Shown: positions 38,401 to 46,103, counted from the stretch's first letter. The stretch is DNA of 64,000 bases from Trichloromonas sp. (GCF_034006665.1 NZ_JAVESI010000016.1:329-64328); one strand, 5' to 3'. Notes: generated by a model not told the origin, from the letters alone. Translations and numbers: made by a program.

Positions 38401-39305
38401 TTGATAATCTCGGCTTCACTCAACTGGTCTCCGTGGCCGGCTCTGGCGCTACCCTGACCCTGAGCAACCTGGCCAACAACGGCACCGTAAACGTGGTAGC
38501 CGCTCCCACAACCGGCCTGACCGTGGTAGTCAAAGATGCCGATACCGGTATCGCTGACGTATTGAACGTCGGTCTGAGTGCCGATACAGGCGTACTGACC
38601 GCCGCTAACGTTGAAACCGTCAACCTGACGGTGGACGCCGATGTGACCGCTACCCTGACCGCCGACAAGGCCACCACGGTGACCCTGGCCGGCGATAGCG
38701 ATCTGGTCCTGACTGACCTGAAAGCGGACGGTAGCACTCTGGTCGAACTGGTGGACGGCTCGGCCGGCTACTCGGGAGATCTCACCATGACGGCTGATCT
38801 GGCTGACTTGGTGGTAAAAGGCGGTTCGGGTGACGACTTCCTGATCGCAGACGCTAACGACGTCGCCCTGTATGGTGGCGACGGCGATGACATCCTGGTA
38901 GTGGATAGCGGTCTGCGTGTAAACCTCTACGGTGGTGAGGGCGCAGATACTTTTGAAATCAATGGAAGCCTCACTCTGGATGCTTACGCTGTCATCAACG
39001 GCGTCACTTCCGGCGACGTCATCCAGATGAACGGTGCAAACACCTTCATGAGCAGCAAGATCGCTCTTAGCGTCGGTGCCGACGAAACCCTGCTCAACTA
39101 CGCCAACCAGGCGGTCGATACGCTTGCTGAAGGTGAAATGGGCTGGTTCCAGCGCGGTGGCAACACTTTCATCGTTCAGGACGTCCTTGGTACTGATAGC
39201 ACCGAATTTATTGCCGGCGAAGACATGATCATCATGCTTACCGGTCTGGTAGACCTCGGTGCGGTTGCGTCGTACAACACCAATAACAGCCTGGAAATCG
39301 CCTAA
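35475..39305 (+). CDS. Large acidic Calx-beta/RTX protein, candidate T1SS substrate / S-layer protein 2
   Basis: 1276 aa, no signal peptide. Two Calx-beta-like modules, a long T/A/G/V-rich beta-helix-like region, and three canonical nonapeptides KGGSGDDFLI, YGGDGDDILV, YGGEGADTFE near the C-terminus. Confidence 0.75.
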   Translation: MAVVTGTNLLQEILDAQGITLSPLMEAALAARLQQAIDAGTDSNFQIAAVLASNPTINASVPEGEVPLTFIADVVGDAKTTIIDEPVEPIETTYTITSDVDSVDEGGTVTFTVTADEAVVEDTEVAYTLSGVDAADVDGELTGTVTILAGETAATFAVTLLEDAATEGDETLTATLEDGAAADVAVADTSMAPAQVLSIEPASTTIVEGNELVFTVTMDRAVDEDTVIRYQVQGVATDIAAAATPVDDLGVINGEVLIAADGDNPMIGTFSITPSSDGVTEGFEAFKVVLLNDDNTAGLSTANIVITDPANAGQSFTLTTSVDDFTGGAGDDTFTATDTTLTALDALDGGDGADVLKYTDVAGGKGIPGGVSISNIETITVRSSGAATIDLAAAAGVTGVSTLKSTQSAAATLTAADTTDIVVSGATGAITINGGNNVQVADATADMAIKVGAATANAGTITVTDSNQGTGTIDVDGGTDVSVTATTNATAAVVGGTVKIGVVTPATGTVTLEQNLNHNGEGGNLAGGAITVVGGTSVDVTVNATSTAKNDDSDNDIAIGAVDVTGDGTTSEVTVTQNATTTVVTTAAVPAIAETDTVTFKSMAAGDTLTTAGSGTLVFKAVAAMTAEEVAAAFTNLINSDTQSAGGPTAKGYFTGAFSPVWSSAEASGASVIFTANSDAETNVTWTHSVVANNPTIVNTPGTAAVAGDASTNAVTYGAVTIADDATAAIKTVTVDGYATASAINGTTVLDTLNLSNAAATVAMTVADTADTLALNLSAMGKTGDGNEAVLTFTAAPLTLNVTSTGDNYVDLTAAATKTLNVSGTGLLDVADIDLAALQTVKVSGTAGLSLYAGVADTVTSVDTTGTTGTVTASIQGDKATYAGGAGVDNVTVTNADTAISKALDLGASNDTLTLVGATVAVPTVVLKGGDGTDTLSIDTASAAALDGATTFAAQLDSFEHLFINDAGIGGENILLDNLGFTQLVSVAGSGATLTLSNLANNGTVNVVAAPTTGLTVVVKDADTGIADVLNVGLSADTGVLTAANVETVNLTVDADVTATLTADKATTVTLAGDSDLVLTDLKADGSTLVELVDGSAGYSGDLTMTADLADLVVKGGSGDDFLIADANDVALYGGDGDDILVVDSGLRVNLYGGEGADTFEINGSLTLDAYAVINGVTSGDVIQMNGANTFMSSKIALSVGADETLLNYANQAVDTLAEGEMGWFQRGGNTFIVQDVLGTDSTEFIAGEDMIIMLTGLVDLGAVASYNTNNSLEIA

Positions 39306-39350
39306 CCCCCTAACCCCACAATCCACCGTGGGCTAGCGTAACACCCAAAC

Positions 39351-39388
39351 ACCCCCGTCCTTCGCAAGAGGGGCGGGGGTATTTTTTT
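39351..39388 (+). terminator. Rho-independent terminator
   Basis: CCCCCGTCC...GGGGCGGGGG stem followed by T8. Confidence 0.85.
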
Positions 39389-39493
39389 TCGAAAGAATCA
39401 ATGGTTTCTTTTTTTGCTAGCGGCAGGCATGTTACAACTGAACCTATGTGACGACTTTTACTTCAAGCAGAAACACTACTGAAGGAGAATGCC

Positions 39494-39823
39494 GTGCTCA
39501 AACCCTGCCTTGCCCAACTTCTTATGGCTTCTGGTTACACCACCTTTACCCCAGAACTGATCCGCCGCGCCTCGGCATCGCTGTACGGCAATATAGGTGC
39601 CGGACTCGACTGTCGCGACTGGGACACCATCATGGCCTCAGACAATCCTCTGCAAGCCTCAGAAGATGCCCTTATCGCAATATATCAAGGAAGTAGTTGC
39701 TTGCTCGACAATGCCGATCATCTACAGGATAAAGGCTACAGCGCCAATATGATCGAGTGGACAATACGCCAGCTGCACCAACGCTTGGGGGTAAAAATTA
39801 TGGGACAGGCACTTTGTACTTGA
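39494..39823 (+). CDS. Hypothetical protein
   Basis: GTG start 6 nt after GAAGGAG. No recognisable motif. The 3' end lies inside the 77-bp repeat. Confidence 0.4.
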   Translation: MLKPCLAQLLMASGYTTFTPELIRRASASLYGNIGAGLDCRDWDTIMASDNPLQASEDALIAIYQGSSCLLDNADHLQDKGYSANMIEWTIRQLHQRLGVKIMGQALCT

Positions 39824-39865
39824 CCTGTGTTTTGCCTTGGGGTAGGGTGGTGGTGTAGTCAGGGT
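39789..39865. repeat. 77-bp direct repeat, copy 1
   Basis: GGGTAAAAATTATGGGACAGGCACTTTGTACTTGACCTGT...GGGGTAGGGTGG, aligned colinearly with 41029-41105. Confidence 0.85.
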
Positions 39866-39915
39866 CGCCAGGTTTTGTGTGGTCGACGTAAATCCCCTTT
39901 ATGCTATCCCAAAGC

Positions 39916-39949
39916 CCTCATCACCCTTCAATCGGTGGTGGGGTTTTTT
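39916..39949 (+). terminator. Rho-independent terminator
   Basis: CCTCATCACC-cttcaatc-GGTGGTGGGG (two G-U pairs) followed by T6. Confidence 0.6.
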
Positions 39950-40023
39950 CATTCCCCAAACCCATCAACTTAAGCCTCTCTCGGTTACGACCCTGAGGGG
40001 CTTTTCTCGTGAAAGGAGCCCCT

Positions 40024-40185
40024 ATGCGTGAGTATCACTGTGTCAACGACCTGCTCGACCTCTCGGAAGAGGCCCCCGTCCTCTGGCGGGAAATGTACGG
40101 GTATATGCAGGTGTGCCTGTATGAAGATGACGAAGTTGACCTGCGATTCCTGATGGCCACCGAAGACGACCTGCCCGCGATTTAA
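40024..40185 (+). CDS. Small acidic hypothetical protein (53 aa)
   Basis: ATG preceded by AAAGGAG. Below the ORF-track cutoff. No known motif. Confidence 0.3.
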   Translation: MREYHCVNDLLDLSEEAPVLWREMYGYMQVCLYEDDEVDLRFLMATEDDLPAI

Positions 40186-40326
40186 GCTCTGGGCACCCCC
40201 GAAGAAACCGGCATCCTGGCCGTATCACGCGAAGACGCGCAGAAGGGCTCAGAGCAGCGCTAATGTCAGGATGTGCTAGACACGATCACACTTGCTTTTT
40301 CGTATCCTCAAGGCTACAATAAGCCC

Positions 40327-40635
40327 ATGTACCAGATCACTGAAACCGAAGAATTCAGTCAATGGTTGCGTGGGCTGAAAGATGCCGAAACGCGGCTGCG
40401 GCTGATTAAACGTCTACGCAGAGCCAGCCTGGGTAATCTGGGTGACGTGCGATCCGTAGGTGATGGCATATTCGAGATGCGTGAATTCTTCGGGCCAGGC
40501 TGGCGCATGTATTACCTGCAGAAAGACCGGATGCTGGTTCTCATGCTTGGAGGTGGTGAGAAATCAACCCAGTCACGAGACATCCAGCGCGTAAAGGTTC
40601 TGGCACGGGAGGTATTGGATGAAAACGAAAGCTAA
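40327..40635 (+). CDS. RelE/ParE-superfamily toxin, HigB-like 'addiction module killer' family
   Basis: MYQITETEEFSQWLRGLKD...GDVRSVGDGIFEMREFFGPGWRMYY...LMLGGGEKSTQSRDI. Confidence 0.75.
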   Translation: MYQITETEEFSQWLRGLKDAETRLRLIKRLRRASLGNLGDVRSVGDGIFEMREFFGPGWRMYYLQKDRMLVLMLGGGEKSTQSRDIQRVKVLAREVLDENES

Positions 40636-40924
40636 AACAACGCTCAGACCCTTCGATGCAGCAAATTACCTGCAAACAGAAGAAGACATCGCCATGTACT
40701 TGGATACCGTCCTGGAAGATGACGATCCAGCACTGCTGGCTGCTGCCCTTGGAGATATTGCCAGAGCCCGAGGGATGACTTCTTTGGCGCAGGCCACCGG
40801 ATTGTCACGCGAGAGTCTATACAAAAGCCTTTCCGGCGAGCGTATCCCAACCACGGAAACCCTCTTCAAGGTGATTCACGCGCTGGGATTCAAGTTGTCG
40901 GTCTCTGTGCGGAACGCATCGTAG
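40619..40924 (+). CDS. HigA-like antitoxin ('addiction module antidote', HTH)
   Basis: FDAANYLQTEEDIAMYL...LGDIARARGMTSLAQATGLSRESLYKSLSG. Overlaps the toxin gene by 17 nt. Confidence 0.75.
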   Translation: MKTKAKTTLRPFDAANYLQTEEDIAMYLDTVLEDDDPALLAAALGDIARARGMTSLAQATGLSRESLYKSLSGERIPTTETLFKVIHALGFKLSVSVRNAS

Positions 40925-41028
40925 TCTGACGCTAAGCCATGATTGGCGGGATCGTCATTATGTTCGCGTTACCGGCGAACCGTATGTCCATGATCCTGTC
41001 AGATACATCGCGCCAAACTCACCTACCC

Positions 41029-41105
41029 AGGGTAAAATTATAGGACAGGCACTTTATTCTTGCCCTGTCGTTTGCCCTGGGGTAGTGTGGCGCTGTAATA
41101 GGGTG
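41029..41105. repeat. 77-bp direct repeat, copy 2
   Basis: GGTAAAATTATAGGACAGGCACTTTATTCTTGCCCTGT...GGGGTAGTGTGG. 1240 bp downstream of copy 1. Confidence 0.85.
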
Positions 41106-41211
41106 AGAAGGTCTTGTTGACATAATTTCTCTTTGTGCGTCAGTTAAATTGCTGTGATTCCTTCCGGGTGTTATGCTGAGAAAGTTGGAGTGTACAGATT
41201 CTGGAGGGCGA

Positions 41212-41481
41212 ATGCCGACGATCAGTATGTTTTATGGAATAGTCATTTGCCTCTACTTTTTTGATGATGAGAGGTACAAGCTTCCGCATATTCACGCAAA
41301 GTTTCAGGGTCAGGAAGCCTCCTTTTCAATTCTTGATGGTTCTCTTCTTGCTGGTGAAATACCTCAAACAAAAAGTAAGTTGGTTCAGGCTTGGATAGAA
41401 ATACACCGTGATTCCCTGTTGGCCAACTGGGAGTTGGCCGTTAATGGACTTCCGCCTTATTCGATCGAGCCATTGCGTTAG
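41212..41481 (+). CDS. DUF4160 domain protein
   Basis: MPTISMFYGIVICLYFFDDERYKLPHIHAKFQGQEASFSI. RBS GGAGGG. Confidence 0.65.
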   Translation: MPTISMFYGIVICLYFFDDERYKLPHIHAKFQGQEASFSILDGSLLAGEIPQTKSKLVQAWIEIHRDSLLANWELAVNGLPPYSIEPLR

Positions 41482-41489
41482 GAGGATGT

Positions 41490-41771
41490 ATGGAATCCGT
41501 AATTCGTGTAAATGCAAAAGAGAATTATTGTCTGGAGCTCTGGTTTGATACGGGTGAGCATCGACTGTTTGATGTAAAGCCTTACCTTGGGCGAGGGGTG
41601 TTTACACGGCTTCAAGATGTTCATTTGTTCGAACGGGCATTTGTGGCTATGGATACGGTTTGCTGGCCGGGTGATCTCGATATAGCCCCGGAGACTCTGT
41701 ACGACCGTTCCGTGCCCATCTCCGACGTAAACGGCGTGTGTCCCACACCCGCTCATGCAGAAAACGCCTGA
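41490..41771 (+). CDS. DUF2442 domain protein
   Basis: VNAKENYCLELWFDTGEHRLFDVKPYL...VCWPGDLDIAPETLY. Usual partner of DUF4160 genes. Confidence 0.65.
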   Translation: MESVIRVNAKENYCLELWFDTGEHRLFDVKPYLGRGVFTRLQDVHLFERAFVAMDTVCWPGDLDIAPETLYDRSVPISDVNGVCPTPAHAENA

Positions 41772-41773
41772 TC

Positions 41774-42814
41774 ATGGCCCAGCCCCGTTACGCCCAGCTC
41801 GATCTCAATGAAACGCCCTGGTATCACGTCGTTTCCCGCTGCGTGCGCCGTGCCTATTTGTGTGGTGTTGATCAGATTACCGGCCAGAGCTACGAACATC
41901 GCCGCGACTGGCTGGAACGCCGCATTCAGCAGTTGGCGGCGATCTTCACTATTGATATCGCCTCTTACGCCATCATGCACAACCATTACCACATTGTTGT
42001 GCGTGTGGATAATGAGCGGGTTGCCGATCTATCCACCGAAGAGGTGATCCAGCGCTGGTCGCAGCTTTATGCCGGCCCGTTGATTGTTCGTCGCTATCTG
42101 TCCGATCAACGTGAGCAGATGAGTCAGGGGGAGCTGCTGCAGGTGGATAAGTTGGCCGATGGTTATCGACAGCGGCTTTGCGATCTGTCTTGGTTTATGA
42201 AAAACCTCAATGAGTTTATCTCCCGCAAGGCCAACGCCGAAGAGAATGTCAAAGGTCATTTCTGGGAAAGCCGCTATAAGTGTCAGGCGTTGCTCGACGA
42301 ACCGGCCCTGCTGGCCGCCATGGCTTATGTTGACCTCAACCCCGTGCGTGCCGCCATGAGCGATACCCCGGAAACCAGCGACCATACGGCCATCAAGCGC
42401 CGGCTGGAGGAGAGTCACAACCTCACGCAGGAACCAGCGAAACAATCGGCTACCCAGACCGATCTCGATATTCTCAATTTGCCCGAAGCTCCTTTGCTTC
42501 CCTTTGACCCGACGGAAACCTTCACGACCGGCATCCCTTTTGCTTTTTCGGACTATTTGGAACTGATCGACATCGTTGGTCGCGCCGTTCACCCGAACAA
42601 GCGCGGATTTATCCCTGACAAAACTCCTGCCATTTTGCACCGGCTAAACATCAGCACCGAGGCCTTTATCCTGAACGCCGACCAGTTTTTGCATCGTTTC
42701 GGCGCCGCAGTCGGCCATCCGAGCAAGTTGACCGACCTGGCCGCTGCCCGCAACGTCCGTTATCTGCGGGGCATGGCCAAGTCGAAAGCGCTGTTTACTA
42801 CGGCCGCGGCCTGA
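41774..42814 (+). CDS. IS200/IS605-like Y1 (HUH) transposase / REP-associated tyrosine transposase-like protein
   Basis: WYHVVSRCVRR, HUH motif YAIMHNHYHIVVRV, catalytic Tyr region FWESRYKCQAL. No flanking IS ends recognised. Confidence 0.6.
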   Translation: MAQPRYAQLDLNETPWYHVVSRCVRRAYLCGVDQITGQSYEHRRDWLERRIQQLAAIFTIDIASYAIMHNHYHIVVRVDNERVADLSTEEVIQRWSQLYAGPLIVRRYLSDQREQMSQGELLQVDKLADGYRQRLCDLSWFMKNLNEFISRKANAEENVKGHFWESRYKCQALLDEPALLAAMAYVDLNPVRAAMSDTPETSDHTAIKRRLEESHNLTQEPAKQSATQTDLDILNLPEAPLLPFDPTETFTTGIPFAFSDYLELIDIVGRAVHPNKRGFIPDKTPAILHRLNISTEAFILNADQFLHRFGAAVGHPSKLTDLAAARNVRYLRGMAKSKALFTTAAA

Positions 42815-43116
42815 TAGACCCCATAGCAAAGAACAACGACACGATCTGGAATTGTCCGCCGGATTTTCTCGTCACGCCGTTGACGAGATCGGCTTCCATA
42901 TCTCCTCCCTGTTGCCCGAACACCCTCCAGGCCATACCCAGGCTGCACCAGAAATAGATCGTTCACCACAGGCGCCTTTACAGCCCTCTGGGGCCTATGT
43001 CACGTTTCTTGCCCGGCATCAGCCCTTAAAAACCCCGCCGCCTCCTTGTTAAAAGAGACAAAGGGACACCGCAGCAGCGTCCTGTCGACTCTCTTCACTC
43101 CCAAGGAGGTCCACCC

Positions 43117-44277
43117 ATGCCCCGACTCAACCTGCGCCAGGCCTTCGCCGACAATCCGCCACTACCTACCACCAGCGCCAAGACCGATTACTACGACACC
43201 CAGCTTACCGGCTTTCTTCTCGAAGTGCGCAAAAACGGCAAAGCCGCCTACTATCTGCGCTACCGCGACAAAGCCGGCCGTCAGCGCCAGACCCGACTCG
43301 GCGATCCCACCACCCTGACCCTCGATGAAGCCCGTGAACGTGCCCGTATTCTCAAAAGCAAGATCCTCATGGGCTTCGATGTCAAGGAACATGTTGAGAA
43401 GATCAAGCAGATCCCCACCTTCGCCGAGTTCGTCCGCAACCAGTACCTGCCCTACGCCCGCAACACCAAACGCACCTGGAACTACGACAAAGCCTGCATC
43501 GAAAACAAGATGCTGCGACTCTGGGGCCACCGGCCCCTGGATGACTTTAACCCCACCGACCTGCTGCAGTTCCAGAATCAGCTGCTGACGCAGAATCTCA
43601 AGCCCGGCACCGTCAACCGCATCATGGCCCTAGTCAAACACCTCTTTCACCTGGCCGAGCGCTGGCAGATCATCGACCAGGCCCCCACCAAAAACATCCC
43701 ACCCTTAGCCGACAACGGCGCCCGCGAACGCTATCTCAGCGTGCAGGAACTCGATCAGCTCCTGGCCGCCCTCAAGCAGTGCCACAGCCCCATCGTGCCC
43801 GACATCATCCGCCTGCTGATCCTCACCGGCGCCAGACGCTCCGAAGTCACCCAGCTGCCCTGGAGCGAACTCGATCTGGACAAAGGTCTCTGGACCCTGC
43901 CCGCCGAACGCAACAAAAGCAAACGCCAAAAGGTGCTGCCCCTCTCCGGCGCCGCCCTAAAACTGCTCCGCTCCCGCCAGAACAACGGCAGCCCCTATGT
44001 CTTTCCCAACCCCGCCACCGGCAAGCCCCTCATCAGCATCCACGATACCTGGAACCGCATACGCATTCAGGCCAACCTGCCCGAACTGCGCATCCATGAC
44101 CTGCGCCACAGCTTCGCCTCCTTCCTCGTCAACGCCGGTCACAGCCTCTACGAGATCCAGAAGCTCCTCGGCCATACCAGCATCACCACCACCCAGCGCT
44201 ACGCCCACCTGGAGCAATCCACCCTCAAAACCGCCACCCAGACCATCGAAAAACTGCTCCGGATCGGCGGCAAATAG
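43117..44277 (+). CDS. Tyrosine recombinase, P4-type integrase with DUF4102-like N-terminus (integrase 1)
   Basis: TGFLLEVRKNGKAAYYLRYR, TGARRSE, HDLRHSFASF, LLGHTSITTTQRYAH. Confidence 0.9.
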   Translation: MPRLNLRQAFADNPPLPTTSAKTDYYDTQLTGFLLEVRKNGKAAYYLRYRDKAGRQRQTRLGDPTTLTLDEARERARILKSKILMGFDVKEHVEKIKQIPTFAEFVRNQYLPYARNTKRTWNYDKACIENKMLRLWGHRPLDDFNPTDLLQFQNQLLTQNLKPGTVNRIMALVKHLFHLAERWQIIDQAPTKNIPPLADNGARERYLSVQELDQLLAALKQCHSPIVPDIIRLLILTGARRSEVTQLPWSELDLDKGLWTLPAERNKSKRQKVLPLSGAALKLLRSRQNNGSPYVFPNPATGKPLISIHDTWNRIRIQANLPELRIHDLRHSFASFLVNAGHSLYEIQKLLGHTSITTTQRYAHLEQSTLKTATQTIEKLLRIGGK

Positions 44278-44278
44278 C

Positions 44279-44388
44279 TGTCATCCGGTCGGTATTTGAT
44301 GGGTGAAAATCAAGGTCTAACGCAGCGAAATCCTTCAGCTTAGCCTGCGGTCGAGGCTTGTCATCCGGTCGGTATTTGCTGGGTGAAA
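44279..44388. repeat. Two 30-bp direct repeats 80 bp apart, directly after integrase 1
   Basis: TGTCATCCGGTCGGTATTTG(A/C)TGGGTGAAA at 44279-44308 and 44359-44388 (29/30 identical). Further GGTGAAA/GGTGACAAC copies run to about 44680. Confidence 0.85.
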
Positions 44389-44745
44389 CCGCTTCTGGTG
44401 GGTGAAAAGATTTCAAAACCTCGAAAGGTCAAGCACTTACCAGGCAACCGGTGAAAGTGCGGTTGGTAGGTGATGGGTGGGTGACCTGCCAGGCTTGGAC
44501 CGACAGCCAACCGATGCCGGCGGCAGGGGAGCGACACCGCCTGATACCGGTCCGCAGCCGCAAAAAGTGTCAACCAGTGACAACGCCGTGACAGCCATAG
44601 CCGCTTCGACACCTAAACTGCGCCTTAAGTATCCGTGCCGGTATTGCCATCGGTGACAACGACAGGGCACAGGATGGCACCGACCGCTACCAAGACGGTG
44701 CCGGAACCGATAACAGAAACCGCTTTCAAGACAGGAGATAGGACA

Positions 44746-46002
44746 ATGACCCAGAGGATAACGACTGAAGAAACCCTGGTGACGCTGCGAGAGATTGCGG
44801 AGGAGCTGGGGGTTAACTACAAAACACTTCTGAGTTGCAAGGCCCGTTACGAGGCCTTCGTGCCGGGACAGGCATTAGGTCGACAGGCACGCTATCGTGC
44901 CGATCTAGTGGACTTCTTCCGGTTAATCTTTGCTCTGCAGGATGAGGGTTACCGGACGGATCAGATCATCGGATTACTAAAGCAGGGAACTGTGCGTGAA
45001 GAAGATCAGTTCGTCAAGGACTGGATCGAAGACTGGCGACAGCGGTTGAGGCTGACTGGCCCGCCGACTGGCCCACTGGCTGACGGACTGACTGACCCAC
45101 TGACTGACCCACTGACTGACCCACTGACTGACCCACCGACTGACCCACCGACTGACCCACCGACTGACCCACTGGCTGACCCACTGGCTGACCCACTGGC
45201 TGACCCACTGGCTGGCCCACTGGCTGACGGACTGGCTGACGGACTGGCTGACGGACTGGCTGACGGACTGGCTGACCGCCAACTACATGACCTCATCTGC
45301 GCGACTGTAGCAGCCACCACACCCATCCTCACCGCCTTGGCCACCCACGCCAACCAGCTGCAGGAGTCCATTGCCCATCAGCAGGGACAGCTGACCCACC
45401 TGAACGACAGGCTCAGCCTGCTGGAACAGGAACTGGGCTTGGCTATCGATCCGGTACCGGCTCTGCCCGCCATCACAACCGCCAACTCCCTCGACCTTGC
45501 CAGGCTACTGCAACCCCTGCAGGATGTGACCCACGGCATCGAAGCCGACGAACAAGCGAGAGGCTTGCACCCTGAACAGGTCCAGAGTGGCCCGGCAGAG
45601 AACCCTGCCGGCAGCACAACTCCTGCAGGCAACGTCACAGAGCCGGCCACGGCCGATTCCGATCAGAGCCCTGCGCCGTCTTCTCCCCGCTACCCGCCTT
45701 CCAAAAGCCTCGCAGCCCAGCAGGTCAGCGAGCGCGTTGCCTCGGCCATCGACAGCCTGGTCAGCGTAAAAGCCGGCGTCACCAACGGTAAGCCCGACAA
45801 GCAAACCTTGCTGGAGTGGATCACACAGCAGCGGCAGCAGCATCCCAGCCTGAGCTACACCGCCATGGCCTCACTGCTGGACCAGGCGGATATCCCCACC
45901 CTGGGTGGCCGGCAAGGCTGGCACCGGGGCTCCGTCCGCAATCTGGTGGCCAAGGAACAACAACCCCGAACAGAGAGCGACTCGGCCCAGGAGCCGGAGT
46001 AA
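44746..46002 (+). CDS. Repeat-containing DNA-binding protein (N-terminal MerR-like HTH, tetrapeptide repeat linker, coiled coil, C-terminal recombinase-type HTH-like region)
   Basis: VTLREIAEELGVNYKTLLSCKARY; (T/A)D(P/G)(L/P) x about 19; SYTAMASLLDQADIPTLGGRQGWHRGSVRNLV. RBS AGGAG. Confidence 0.55.
   Translation: MTQRITTEETLVTLREIAEELGVNYKTLLSCKARYEAFVPGQALGRQARYRADLVDFFRLIFALQDEGYRTDQIIGLLKQGTVREEDQFVKDWIEDWRQRLRLTGPPTGPLADGLTDPLTDPLTDPLTDPPTDPPTDPPTDPLADPLADPLADPLAGPLADGLADGLADGLADGLADRQLHDLICATVAATTPILTALATHANQLQESIAHQQGQLTHLNDRLSLLEQELGLAIDPVPALPAITTANSLDLARLLQPLQDVTHGIEADEQARGLHPEQVQSGPAENPAGSTTPAGNVTEPATADSDQSPAPSSPRYPPSKSLAAQQVSERVASAIDSLVSVKAGVTNGKPDKQTLLEWITQQRQQHPSLSYTAMASLLDQADIPTLGGRQGWHRGSVRNLVAKEQQPRTESDSAQEPE
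45052..45277 (+). repeat. 12-nt in-frame tandem repeat, about 19 units
   Basis: Units CTGACTGACCCA, CCGACTGACCCA, CTGGCTGACCCA and CTGGCTGACGGA occur in blocks. Confidence 0.95.
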
Positions 46003-46073
46003 AAAAGCAGGGTAGGGCGGGCGATCGTCTGGCGGAGGATTGGCAGGGGGCTACGGAGAAGCCAGATAAAGAC

Positions 46074-46103
46074 GAGAAGGCGCCAGTTACCGGGCGCCTT
46101 CTC
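46074..46103 (+). terminator. Terminator-like hairpin (no U-tract)
   Basis: GAGAAGGCGCC-agttaccg-GGCGCCTTCTC, 11-bp perfect stem 70 nt after the stop. Confidence 0.4.

Noticed and set aside
42815-43116. tRNA or tmRNA gene as the integration target next to integrase 1; 51919-52142 and 63115-63265 were also scanned
   Set aside because: No cloverleaf-compatible sequence (acceptor stem, GTTCRANNC T-loop, CCA-proximal stem) was recognised by eye. A tRNAscan/ARAGORN run would settle this.
44977-45371. Three minus-strand ORFs with SQSV/SGSA repeats
   Set aside because: They are artefacts of the 12-nt tandem repeat, which is stop-free in the reverse frames. The plus frame continues into non-repetitive conserved-looking domains on both sides.
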